Below are positions 28,335-37,590 of a stretch of DNA of 52,993 nt, one piece after another (position 1 is the stretch's first letter; each line of letters opens with the position of its first letter). The translations under genes were made by a program, and so were the position numbers. The DNA is from Candidatus Yanofskybacteria bacterium RIFCSPLOWO2_01_FULL_39_28 (GTDB lineage Bacteria > Patescibacteriota > Minisyncoccia > 2-02-FULL-40-12 > GWA2-44-9), in the NCBI GenBank assembly GCA_001794635.1, contig MGKE01000008.1, positions 1-52,993 on the forward strand, given 5' to 3'. The notes under the pieces were generated by a model. It saw only the letters and a list, made by a program, of their open reading frames with translations, searched no databases and was not told the DNA's origin.

Positions 28335-28869
28335 ATACTTGTTCTTACTGGGCCTTATGGGGGTTCAGAAAAGGCTTCAAGAAACCAAGCTTAGCTTGAT
28401 AGAAGCCTTTTCCGAGTCCCGTAAACCCGAATAAAAAACTTCGGAGAGACTTGGGGCTTTAAGAAAGGAGGGGTAAAATTATGTCTTTCGCCGGGAAATC
28501 GGCGAGAAGAGCGAGTGGTTCCGTACACAAGCCGGAAACACAACCACCCCCTCTTCAGTGTAAAAAACCATTCTGGAAAGACGGGTCTGTGCGGACCTGA
28601 CATCACCGCACGGGAGAGCTTCGGCTCTCCCTCCTTCATCTTTGATCTTAATCTGAAATATATTAAGATTATAGATGAGGGGAGCAGGTACGGGAAGATG
28701 CGAGGCGAACTACCCGAACGCATCACCTGCCACCCTCAATCTCCCGTCCTTAGCAAATAGAAGCTGGACGGGCTAGAGACCAACCACTTTCGCCTAGAGC
28801 TAATAAGTGGGAGGGTACTGAATGCGGACATTCGGTGGTACGCCGGGCTAGCAGCCCGGCTTTTGTTTT
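28335..28869 (+). ncRNA. Unidentified large (~530 nt) highly structured RNA
   Basis: Promoter and terminator bracket back-to-back stems with G-U pairs and a C(UUCG)G tetraloop; no credible long ORF. Confidence 0.75.
28842..28869 (+). terminator. Intrinsic terminator
   Basis: GCCGGGC-TAGCA-GCCCGGC then TTTTGTTTT. Confidence 0.85.
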
Positions 28870-29799
28870 CTAAAAAATCTTTCTGGCTAGTGAGTAGACT
28901 AAGTACCAAAACCTTGAGACGACTAAATCAAATGAGCCGGGATATTCTTTTAAATCCCCTCCCCAACCAAGCTTGAAACGAGTTACACCTGGCCACTTTT
29001 TTGCATCAATTCCCCACAAGTCATAATTAGTAAGCTGGTAAGCTGGTAAGCTGGTAAGCTTAAGAAATTTAATAATGTTCCAGTGCATAAAATATGGCGC
29101 CATTAAGTTCTTATATTCCCTATCCATCGCTCCATGAAGATAATAAGCGAAGTTATGATATATCATAACCATTGCTCCTCCGATATATTTATCTTGAAGT
29201 TTCACTAGAAATAATTTAGTGATTAATTCTTGTCCTTCACGGAAAAAATTAAGCATTTTTTCGTAATACTCTTTTGAGTTGGTTGAGAATTGATCTTTTT
29301 TAGCCGTTTGTTTTAATAACTTCCAAAAGGTGTCAATGTCATTGCTTTCCTCAAGCACCAGACCCTTTTTTTCAGATAAGTTGATATTATATCTGGTTTT
29401 ATGATGCATTCGTGATAATAACTCTTCTTCTGATAAGTTAAGATTAATAATTACTGTCTTGGAGGGCTGAATTTGTTTTCGCGATCGTCTAAATCCTTTT
29501 CTATATAAAAGTTCCATAACTATGTCAGATAGCGGCTCAACTTTAACAAAAATTGCTTTTTCTTCTTTCGCTAAATATTTTAAATATTTAATAAAATTAG
29601 CTAACTCATTTTTGATTCCGCCTCTTATATCATCTAGCTTTACTTCTGGCCCGTGAGGTATATACAAATAACTTTTTCCAAACGGAAGATCATGCTTTAT
29701 TATATTGGCCCTGATCTTACTATCGTTAAATCTCCAGACTTTATGTCCAACACTTTCCTGAAACTTCGCCCACTCTTCCGTTTGTAGAAATGATTTCAT
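28870..29799 (-). CDS. FemAB/FemX family peptidoglycan bridge aminoacyltransferase
   Basis: SFLQ..W..F, Y.PHGP, KTRYNI, YDLWG, GVTRFK.GWGG. Confidence 0.92.
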   Translation of the reverse strand: MKSFLQTEEWAKFQESVGHKVWRFNDSKIRANIIKHDLPFGKSYLYIPHGPEVKLDDIRGGIKNELANFIKYLKYLAKEEKAIFVKVEPLSDIVMELLYRKGFRRSRKQIQPSKTVIINLNLSEEELLSRMHHKTRYNINLSEKKGLVLEESNDIDTFWKLLKQTAKKDQFSTNSKEYYEKMLNFFREGQELITKLFLVKLQDKYIGGAMVMIYHNFAYYLHGAMDREYKNLMAPYFMHWNIIKFLKLTSLPAYQLTNYDLWGIDAKKWPGVTRFKLGWGGDLKEYPGSFDLVVSRFWYLVYSLARKIF

Positions 29800-29909
29800 T
29801 GTGGATAAATTAGCGAAAAATTCTCAATAGCTTGGAATCATCTGAAGGGGTGTTAGCAGATTGATTCCCATATGTAATCTTTCTTGATTGTAATATATTA
29901 AATACTTTT

Positions 29910-30251
29910 TTAAAGCTTTGTTGATTTATCCAAAATTTTGACAATCCTACTCATGGCGACAAATCCGTAGGCCCAAAGTAATGGCAGCCAAATAGGCATT
30001 ACCCCAAACAAACTGTTTCTATAAAACACCTCCACTCCGGTAAGAATAAAAATATATTCAAAGAAAACCATCAGTAAAAACCCGGCCACGAAAATTAACG
30101 ATTCCTTGGGCTCTCTTTTCTTCAAGAATGACACAACAACAACCAACCCAAATGCCGCTGTTAATAGAAAATCATTAGAAATTAACGGTATCAACCCAAC
30201 CATTACCAAAATCGGAATAGAGTTTAAAAATATTTTGTAGATTTTATTCAT
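29910..30251 (-). CDS. Small membrane protein
   Basis: 4 TM; P.WLP.LW motif. Confidence 0.75.
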   Translation of the reverse strand: MNKIYKIFLNSIPILVMVGLIPLISNDFLLTAAFGLVVVVSFLKKREPKESLIFVAGFLLMVFFEYIFILTGVEVFYRNSLFGVMPIWLPLLWAYGFVAMSRIVKILDKSTKL

Positions 30252-30281
30252 AAATAAGATGGGGCGAAGCCGAGATTATAA

Positions 30282-30893
30282 CTATCGTTTTCCGAGCAAC
30301 CTCAATGCTTCCCGGACTCTCTCCTCAAGTGTCTTACCCTTAGATTCTTTCAAAGCATCTTTAGCTTGATATTGGCTGTAACCAAGAGCCAAGAGAGCTT
30401 CTATTGCCTGTCCCTCCTGACCTAAGTCTATTCCTTTCAAGTCTCCAATGTCCAAATGATCAACTTTGTTTTTGAGTTCAAGTATTAATCTTGAAGCTGT
30501 CTTAGGGCCTAATCCCGAAACTCTTTTTAAATAATCTGCGTCCTCATTGATAACCGCAGCCTTAAGATGTTTCGGCTCAATCACTGAAAGAATACCCATA
30601 GCGCTCTTCGGCCCAATGCCGTTTACACTGGTAATCAAATGAAATAACTCCAAATCATCCTTATCCGGAAACCCGTACATATCAAAAGTCCCCTCTCTCA
30701 TATTTAGTTGAGAATGAATAAATAATTTGACCTTACCCCCATTGACATCGGAGTTTGTTTTTGCTAAAATATTTAATACCTTGGGGGATACTATTACCCT
30801 ATACCCTATACCCCCCTGACCGGGCAGGCCGGTATTCAAAATGACGTATTTATCACCAAAATGTTCAATTGTTCCCTCTAAAAAGCTAATCAT
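30282..30893 (-). CDS. ruvA: Holliday junction branch migration protein RuvA
   Basis: MISFLEG, GIGY, YGF, GIGPK, GLGPKTA.R.ILELK, AL.ALGY. Confidence 0.97.
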   Translation of the reverse strand: MISFLEGTIEHFGDKYVILNTGLPGQGGIGYRVIVSPKVLNILAKTNSDVNGGKVKLFIHSQLNMREGTFDMYGFPDKDDLELFHLITSVNGIGPKSAMGILSVIEPKHLKAAVINEDADYLKRVSGLGPKTASRLILELKNKVDHLDIGDLKGIDLGQEGQAIEALLALGYSQYQAKDALKESKGKTLEERVREALRLLGKR

Positions 30894-30910
30894 TATATTA
30901 AGAGTAGCAA

Positions 30911-32971
30911 ATGTTTAAACTAACATCAAAATATTCTCCAACTGGCGATCAGCCAGACGCAATCGCCAAACTCACTAAAGGACTTAAATCCGGCAAAAAA
31001 CACCAGGTGCTTTTGGGTGTAACGGGTTCAGGAAAAACTTTTACCATGGCCCAAGTTATTGCCAACTATGGCAAGCCGACCTTAATTGTTTCCCACAACA
31101 AAACTCTAGCCGCCCAATTATATAAAGAATTCAAGGAATTTTTCCCAAACAACGCCGTTCACTATTTCGTTTCATATTACGACTACTACCAGCCCGAAGC
31201 CTATATCCCCCACACTGATACCTATATTGAAAAAGATTCAAAAATTAATGAAGAGATAGACCGTCTAAGACATGCCGCTACCCAGGCTTTGATGTCCAGA
31301 GATGACGTAATTATCGTTGCCTCTGTTTCCTGTATATACAACCTTGGCTCGCCGGAAGAATACAAAAACATGGGTCTTAATATTTTTGAAAGCCAGAAAT
31401 TAAAACCCGACGAACTAATCAGGGGGTTAGTCCGCTTACAATACGCCCAAGACATAGAACTGAAGAGAGGCTGTTTCCGTAAAACCAGAAACGAAATAGA
31501 GCTGATGGGACCGGACGGACAAAATATTTTTAAAATAACTTTTGGGCCGATTTACTCTGCAACCTCAAAAAACAAATACACCCCGTCGGAAGGAATAATA
31601 AAAATAGCTCACGCCAGCATTACCGAGCCGGAAGAACTTGAAACCAAAGACCCCCAGTTTGAAAAAATCCTTGAAACCACAATATTGCCGGCTAAATATT
31701 GGTTAACTTCGGATAACAAAATAGGTATTGCCATTGAAAACATCAAAGCCGAACTTCAGCAAACAATGAAAGTTCTTAAAAAGAAAGGTAAAACTTTTGA
31801 AGCTAACCGTTTATATGAAAAAACAATGAGAGACATTGAAATGATGAGAAAAACTGGCTATTGCCACGGTATTGAGAACTACTCAAGACATATTGACTTC
31901 AGAAAATCCGGCGAACCACCTTATACTCTTCTTGACTTCTTTATTTCTAAGGGGGGATTTTTGACCATTATAGACGAATCGCATATTTCCCTGCCACAGT
32001 TCCGAGGAATGTATTTCGGCGATCATTCCCGCAAAAGCACTCTGGTAGATTATGGTTTCCGCCTGCCTTCAGCTCTAGATAATCGCCCTCTTAAGTTTCC
32101 GGAATTTGAAAAAAGAATACAAAATTTAGTTTACGTTTCAGCCACACCAAGCGAATATGAATTAAAAAAGGCCGGCAAAGAAAACATTGCCGAGCAGCTT
32201 ATCCGTCCGACCGGACTTCTTGATCCGACTATTGAAATACAACCGACCGAAAACCAGATTGAACACCTAATTGATGAGGTTAAAAAAAGAATCGTAAACA
32301 AAGAGAGAATAATTGTTACAACCTTGACCAAGAGAATGGCCGAGGATCTTTCAGAATTTTTGGCTGATGCCAAAATTAAAGTTAATTATCTTCACTCGGA
32401 GATTAAAACCTTAGAAAGGTTAAAAATATTAAAAGACTTCCGTCTTGGAACTTATGACGTGCTAGTCGGAGTTAACTTGTTAAGAGAAGGACTTGATTTG
32501 CCAGAAGTTTCTCTAATAGCTATTCTTGATGCTGACAAAGAAGGATTCCTCCGAAACACAACCACCCTTATTCAAACCATGGGCCGAGCGGCAAGGCATG
32601 TTAATGGTCACGTAATTCTCTACGCCGACAAGATGACCAAATCTATTCAGTCAGCCATGCATGAAACAATGCGCCGAAGAGAAAAACAGGAAGCCCACAA
32701 TACCGCTAACAACATTACTCCAACTACAATCATAAAAGCTATTGGTGATTTTGACCTACCAATTTCAAATAATGGCCTTGGTAAAACTAGACGCTGGGGC
32801 AAAGAAGAAGATGACATGGTTTATGTTTTCGGAAATGGCAGTAAGAATAAAATAATCGGCCAACTGACCAAAATGATGGAGCGCGCCGCCAAAAAAATGG
32901 AGTATGACAAAGCACTAGCATTACGGGAACAAATTAGGAAAATAAAAACCGGCTCGGTGGAGTCGGCTTGA
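30911..32971 (+). CDS. uvrB: Excinuclease ABC subunit B
   Basis: GVTGSGKT, YYDYYQPEAY, DESH, REGLDLPEV, GRAAR, C-terminal UVR. Confidence 0.98.
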   Translation: MFKLTSKYSPTGDQPDAIAKLTKGLKSGKKHQVLLGVTGSGKTFTMAQVIANYGKPTLIVSHNKTLAAQLYKEFKEFFPNNAVHYFVSYYDYYQPEAYIPHTDTYIEKDSKINEEIDRLRHAATQALMSRDDVIIVASVSCIYNLGSPEEYKNMGLNIFESQKLKPDELIRGLVRLQYAQDIELKRGCFRKTRNEIELMGPDGQNIFKITFGPIYSATSKNKYTPSEGIIKIAHASITEPEELETKDPQFEKILETTILPAKYWLTSDNKIGIAIENIKAELQQTMKVLKKKGKTFEANRLYEKTMRDIEMMRKTGYCHGIENYSRHIDFRKSGEPPYTLLDFFISKGGFLTIIDESHISLPQFRGMYFGDHSRKSTLVDYGFRLPSALDNRPLKFPEFEKRIQNLVYVSATPSEYELKKAGKENIAEQLIRPTGLLDPTIEIQPTENQIEHLIDEVKKRIVNKERIIVTTLTKRMAEDLSEFLADAKIKVNYLHSEIKTLERLKILKDFRLGTYDVLVGVNLLREGLDLPEVSLIAILDADKEGFLRNTTTLIQTMGRAARHVNGHVILYADKMTKSIQSAMHETMRRREKQEAHNTANNITPTTIIKAIGDFDLPISNNGLGKTRRWGKEEDDMVYVFGNGSKNKIIGQLTKMMERAAKKMEYDKALALREQIRKIKTGSVESA

Positions 32972-32982
32972 GTTGTTACTAC

Positions 32983-33405
32983 TTAAATTTCAGATTTAAA
33001 TTCCAGATCATATCGGCTCTTTAGAAAATCTGTTATCTCTGTTATAACATCGTCGTGGTCAGTAAAGCCCCTGACATGAACCCAGTTGCCACCTTGATGT
33101 TCAAAACAGTTATATTGAATTTTTTCATTTTGATGGTCGGGGGTGTGTTGAAGAGAAGCATAGAAAAGAAACCAGGGCTTGTCATTCTCGTCGTGGTAAA
33201 TATTGATTAGTTGTTCAATCCCGCCGTTTTGGTAATAAGAATCTATTTTCAGATAAACTTGTTTTCCGCCATGAACAGCCGGAACTGAAACTGACTCCAT
33301 CTTCCACGTTGAATAGTCAGGAAGAGCAACTTGGGCAGTAGCTAAAGAACTGAAGATCAATGTTGCAAAAACGGTCAATACGGCCGGCCAAAGACGGAGT
33401 TTCAT
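32983..33405 (-). CDS. Secreted hypothetical protein
   Basis: MKLRLW... signal peptide ending ATA-Q; SD GAAGGA. Confidence 0.7.
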   Translation of the reverse strand: MKLRLWPAVLTVFATLIFSSLATAQVALPDYSTWKMESVSVPAVHGGKQVYLKIDSYYQNGGIEQLINIYHDENDKPWFLFYASLQHTPDHQNEKIQYNCFEHQGGNWVHVRGFTDHDDVITEITDFLKSRYDLEFKSEI

Positions 33406-33478
33406 GATTTCCTTCATTATCAAATAACATTTACCCTGCTTGTATAATATAAACAAATATAGTAATATAAGCAATACC

Positions 33479-33733
33479 GTGCCAATTACAGCATCAGCAA
33501 AAAAGGCGCTAAGACAATCCATAAGGCGAAAAGCCAGAAATTTAATACGCTCAAATGCTTATAAAACAGCTGTTAAACAGTTAAAAAAGGCAGTCGCTAC
33601 CAGCAAAGAAGAGGCCCAAAAACTTCTGCCTAAGGCCTACAAAGCCATAGATAAAGCCGCCAAAACCGGCGTCATCAAGAAAAATAAAGCCGCCCGACTC
33701 AAGTCCGGTGTTGCCAAACTCTTAGTCAAGTAA
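33479..33733 (+). CDS. rpsT: 30S ribosomal protein S20
   Basis: (M)PITASAKKALRQ...IDKAAK.GVIKKNKAARLKS; GTG start. Confidence 0.97.
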   Translation: MPITASAKKALRQSIRRKARNLIRSNAYKTAVKQLKKAVATSKEEAQKLLPKAYKAIDKAAKTGVIKKNKAARLKSGVAKLLVK

Positions 33734-33761
33734 AAACCGGCCGCCTCAGGCGGCCGGTTTT
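33734..33761. terminator. Bidirectional terminator
   Basis: AAAACCGGCCGCC-TCA-GGCGGCCGGTTTT. Confidence 0.85.
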
Positions 33762-34842
33762 AAACTCTCTTTGCCACATTCAAAACAATTCCCACTCCAG
33801 CCAGTAGAACCATCATTGCTGTTCCGCCGTAACTGACAAATGGTAAAGGAATTCCGGTCAAAGGCACTAAACCAATTATTGCTCCGATATTTAGAAATGC
33901 CTGGCCGACAATCCAGGCCACCACTCCCATTACAAGTAGTTTACCAAATTTATCGCTAATATTGTGGGCTGTCTTAACCGTTAGAAAGGTAAAAAATACA
34001 AATAACCCAATCAAGACGCCTGCTCCAACCAGACCCAGCTCTTCTACCAAAATTGCAAAAATAGAATCATTGGTTACTTCGGGAAGAAAGCCAAATTTTT
34101 GAGTACTCTTGCCAAAACCAACCCCAAACATACCTCCCGAACCAACAGCAATAAGAGATTGGTTTAACTGGTAAGAAATACCTCTCGGATCAATTGATGG
34201 GTCAAGAAAAGTCTTAACCCGATTAAATCTATAAGGTTCAACCACAATCATCAAACCCAGAACACCAATAATAAGCAGGCCGATAATTAAAAAATGTTTG
34301 ACCGGAGAACCGGCGAAAAAATAAATGGCCGATGAAATTATTGTTACTATGATTAGTGTTCCGATATCTGGCTGAAGCAAAAGAAGAATTGCTACAAAAC
34401 TCAAGACAATAAGAAATGGGGCTGTGCCATAAGACCAGTTTCTGATTCTCTCATCGCGATTGCCAAACCAAGCGGCCAGATAAATTATTAGAGCCAATTT
34501 TAAAATTTCTGATGGCTGGAGAGATAAGCCGCCAATATCAAGCCACCTTGTTGCGCCTTTTAAGTTGTGACCAAAATTAGGCAGAAAAACCAAGATCATC
34601 ATCAAAAGAGCGCCAAACAAAATCGGAAGTGACACTTTTTTCCAAAATTTATAATCAATTTTAAAAAACAAAAACATCAATGCCAATCCGGGTAAAACAC
34701 CGTACAATAGTTGGTGGGTTAAATAATAATAAGAAGAACCGAATTTCTTCTGTCCTTCCACAATTCCAGCCGACGACAAAACAATTAGTCCAAAAATAAG
34801 CAGAAGTAAGGTTGTAGCAAAAATCGCTTTAGCCATATACAT
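33760..34842 (-). CDS. ftsW: SEDS peptidoglycan polymerase FtsW
   Basis: GATRW, QPSE, QPDIGT, YQ, PE..ND.IF...EELG, TG.PLPF.SYGG. Confidence 0.93.
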   Translation of the reverse strand: MYMAKAIFATTLLLLIFGLIVLSSAGIVEGQKKFGSSYYYLTHQLLYGVLPGLALMFLFFKIDYKFWKKVSLPILFGALLMMILVFLPNFGHNLKGATRWLDIGGLSLQPSEILKLALIIYLAAWFGNRDERIRNWSYGTAPFLIVLSFVAILLLLQPDIGTLIIVTIISSAIYFFAGSPVKHFLIIGLLIIGVLGLMIVVEPYRFNRVKTFLDPSIDPRGISYQLNQSLIAVGSGGMFGVGFGKSTQKFGFLPEVTNDSIFAILVEELGLVGAGVLIGLFVFFTFLTVKTAHNISDKFGKLLVMGVVAWIVGQAFLNIGAIIGLVPLTGIPLPFVSYGGTAMMVLLAGVGIVLNVAKRV

Positions 34843-34877
34843 CTAGTATAATATAAAACCCGAGATTTATCTCGGGT

Positions 34878-35597
34878 CTATTCCTGAAAACTTTGAAGAT
34901 CAACTAATTTCTTGTAAATCCCATTTAGGGCCAACAACTCGTCGTGTCTGCCAATCTCAGCAACTCCTCCGTCGTGAAGAACAACTATTTTGTCTGCCTT
35001 TTTAACAGTGCTTAAGCGATGAGCAATAATTAATGTGGTTCTGCTCTTAATAAGCACTTCTAGGGCCTGTTGAACATACATCTCTGATTCAGAGTCAAGA
35101 GCCGAAGTTGCCTCGTCTAAGATAAGAATTTTCGGGTCCCTAACGAGAGCTCTGGCAATAGCCACTCTCTGTTTCTGACCGGCTGAAAGTTTAACTCCCC
35201 TCTCTCCTACAATCTGATCGTAACCATCAACAAATCTTTTTCCGGTGATAAAATTATGAGCATACGAGACACGAGCGGCCTCTTCAATAACCCTTTCATC
35301 TTTCATCTTATCAATATCACCATAAGCAATATTGAGCCTGATAGTATCGTTGAAAAGAGAAACATCTTGAGGAACAACAGCCATCTGTGACCTTAGTGAG
35401 TTTAAAGTCAAACATTTTATATTATTGCCCCCAATCATGATTTTACCTTCCGATGAATCATAATACCTACATATCAGATCTATTAGTGTTGTTTTTCCTA
35501 CACCGCTTTCTCCCACAATAGCAACTGTCTCGCCTTCTTTAATGGTTAAATTTATTTTCTTTAGAACTGGATCGCTGGTTTCTTTATATCCAAAAGA
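34878..35597 (-). pseudogene. 5'-truncated ABC exporter (NBD only)
   Basis: SFGYK...GESGVGKT, LSAGQKQR, DEATSALD; no TMD and no proper start, stops upstream of about 35615. Confidence 0.75.
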
Positions 35598-35757
35598 CCA
35601 ATATGCTATAGGATTTTCCTATGACTACACCCACCAAGAACCATCCGAAGGCCAAAACAAAGAATATATGGATCCGGTAATGGATATCTTAAAAAGAAAA
35701 TTCGGTAATGACTTGGTTGGTTGGGACATCGCTTCGCCAGTCTGGATAATTAAATAA
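35598..35757 (+). pseudogene. 3' fragment of an unknown gene
   Basis: ...QYAIGFSYDY...WDIASPVWIIK* abuts the truncated ABC gene head-to-head. Confidence 0.45.
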
Positions 35758-35835
35758 AATTTAAACTGTAACCAAAAGGGTTAAGGACACGGAATTATAA
35801 AACCGCCGAGAGGCGGTTTTATAATTTGATAATGT

Positions 35836-36072
35836 TTATTTTTTACCCAAAAGTCGAAGAAATTCCTGAACAGGTATTTTTGATTGTCGCAAAATACTGG
35901 CCAAATCCTTTCTAGATATATCTCGCGTATGCCGAGGTACTGTTGCAAATCTATTGTGGTCTTTAAAATGCCTGAGAAATACATGACTTCCTTTTTGTCT
36001 GACGACAAAAAAACCAGCTTTCAATAAAACTCTAACAATAGCCGAATAGTTGAGCATCGGTAAAATGCTCAT
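35836..36072 (-). CDS. hicA: HicA toxin (mRNA interferase)
   Basis: L.KAGF..VRQKGSH...VP.H...L.SILRQ. Confidence 0.92.
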   Translation of the reverse strand: MSILPMLNYSAIVRVLLKAGFFVVRQKGSHVFLRHFKDHNRFATVPRHTRDISRKDLASILRQSKIPVQEFLRLLGKK

Positions 36073-36350
36073 AGATGCATTGCCACTGGACCGGAAAGTT
36101 TAGAAAATTTTCCGCGGCCACTTACCCGGCCTTCATCGTCAATAACGACCTTGTCGTCATCAAAGGCAACCTCACAAAGTAGTTCAATGAGGTCTTTGGC
36201 CATATATTTGGCATCGGAAAGCGTTGAGCCCTGTGTCATTGTCTTGTCAAAACTCGGGACTTCAACAAGAAACAACTTGTCAGCGCGATCGTACCATATT
36301 GCCACGTTAAAATTTCCATATTTAGTTTTTATCAAATATTTCTTTTTCAT
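36069..36350 (-). CDS. hicB: HicB-like antitoxin, short form
   Basis: VEVPSF...TQGST..DA..MA.D.I; ATGA overlap with hicA. Confidence 0.85.
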   Translation of the reverse strand: MKKKYLIKTKYGNFNVAIWYDRADKLFLVEVPSFDKTMTQGSTLSDAKYMAKDLIELLCEVAFDDDKVVIDDEGRVSGRGKFSKLSGPVAMHL

Positions 36351-36374
36351 ATACCCGTAAACATAGCATGGAAA

Positions 36375-37478
36375 TTAGAAAAATGAAATAGGTGGAATTT
36401 TTGAATCTATTAAAAAAATAATGAGTCCAATAATAGCCCCGATAGCTGATACCATCCAAAAACGCATTGTGACTTGTGTTTCAGGCCAGCCGAGAGCTTC
36501 AAAGTGATGGTGAATAGGCGTAGAAAGAAATATTTTCTTGCCACGCAATTTTTTAGAAATTAATTGAATAATAACCGAGCCGGACTCCATTATAAAAATA
36601 ATGCCGATTGGTATAAGAAGTAGTGGTGTGTTAGTAAGCATAGCCACAACACCGATAGTCACCCCAAGGGCCATTGAACCGGTATCACCCATAAAAAACT
36701 TGGCCGGATAAATATTGAACCACAAAAAGGCGACCAGCGAACCCATAATTGCCGCCATAAAGACAACTAGATCCATCCTGCCTTGATCAAAAGCAATAGC
36801 GGCATAGGCTCCAAACATAGTAAGAAAAACACCGGCTGCCAGACCGTCCAGACCATCAGTTTCATTGGCAGAAAAAGCCGAAGCCATAATTATAAAAACA
36901 AAGAAAACTATATACCACCAACCAACTTCTAAATCTCCAAGAAAAGGAATATTAATAAAGTCCCAGCCGAGCTTTGTATAAAACCACCAAGCGCCGCCAG
37001 CCCCGACAAGGGCATACATAATCAAACGATGACTCATTCTTAATCCACCGCCGCCAGGCCCAACTCTTAAAACTCCAAGAAAATCATCAAGTAAACCAAA
37101 CAAAGCCGCCACTATCATCGCCGCAAAAGGAACCCAGGTTTGCCCACGAGAAAGGAAGTTGAACTGACCAAGAACGGAATTAGGATACCATTTTGATAAT
37201 AACCAAAATCCAAGCGTCAAAATAACAACTGCGGCCCAAATCACCACCCCACCCATAGTTGGTGTTCCCTCCTTTTTCTTGTGTATTTTACCCATGATAG
37301 AACCCCCCTCTGTATGAAGCAGTTTAAATGCAGTTTCAGTTTTAATTTGTTTGCCTAGGTTGTGTTTATATAAAATTTTTGTCCAAAAAGGAGTAATTAA
37401 AAATGTTACAAAAAAAGCCAGTGTCGCCATGATGAATATACGAACCACATTAAATATTGTGAAAACACTATCGCTCAA
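36375..37478 (-). CDS. mraY: Phospho-N-acetylmuramoyl-pentapeptide transferase
   Basis: GTPTMGG, LDD, NETDGLDGLA, FMGDTGS, PIHHHFE; start uncertain. Confidence 0.96.
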   Translation of the reverse strand: MSDSVFTIFNVVRIFIMATLAFFVTFLITPFWTKILYKHNLGKQIKTETAFKLLHTEGGSIMGKIHKKKEGTPTMGGVVIWAAVVILTLGFWLLSKWYPNSVLGQFNFLSRGQTWVPFAAMIVAALFGLLDDFLGVLRVGPGGGGLRMSHRLIMYALVGAGGAWWFYTKLGWDFINIPFLGDLEVGWWYIVFFVFIIMASAFSANETDGLDGLAAGVFLTMFGAYAAIAFDQGRMDLVVFMAAIMGSLVAFLWFNIYPAKFFMGDTGSMALGVTIGVVAMLTNTPLLLIPIGIIFIMESGSVIIQLISKKLRGKKIFLSTPIHHHFEALGWPETQVTMRFWMVSAIGAIIGLIIFLIDSKIPPISFF

Positions 37479-37590
37479 TTTAAAATTAAAAATTAAAAAC
37501 TCAAAACTACAATTCAAAATCTAAAATTTATTTAATAAATTTTGAATTTTAACCTGAAATTTTAACTTTTAAATTTTTACTTTTAACTAT

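Noticed and set aside
28391-28760. ORFs 28391-28726 (-) and 28515-28760 (+)
   Set aside because: No recognisable motifs or SD; better explained as shadows of a GC-rich structured RNA
28828-28869. T-box-like GGTGGTAC before a terminator
   Set aside because: Bulge is UGGUACG rather than UGGNACC, no antiterminator helix, and the downstream gene is convergent
28335-28869. RNase P, tmRNA, SRP or twister identity for the large RNA
   Set aside because: Universal motifs not found by eye; the CCGUACACAAGCCGG loop resembles twister L4 but the spacing and the UAA cleavage strand do not fit
29833-29869. Hairpin containing CATCTGAAG
   Set aside because: Lacks the rest of the rod-element core; too short to assign
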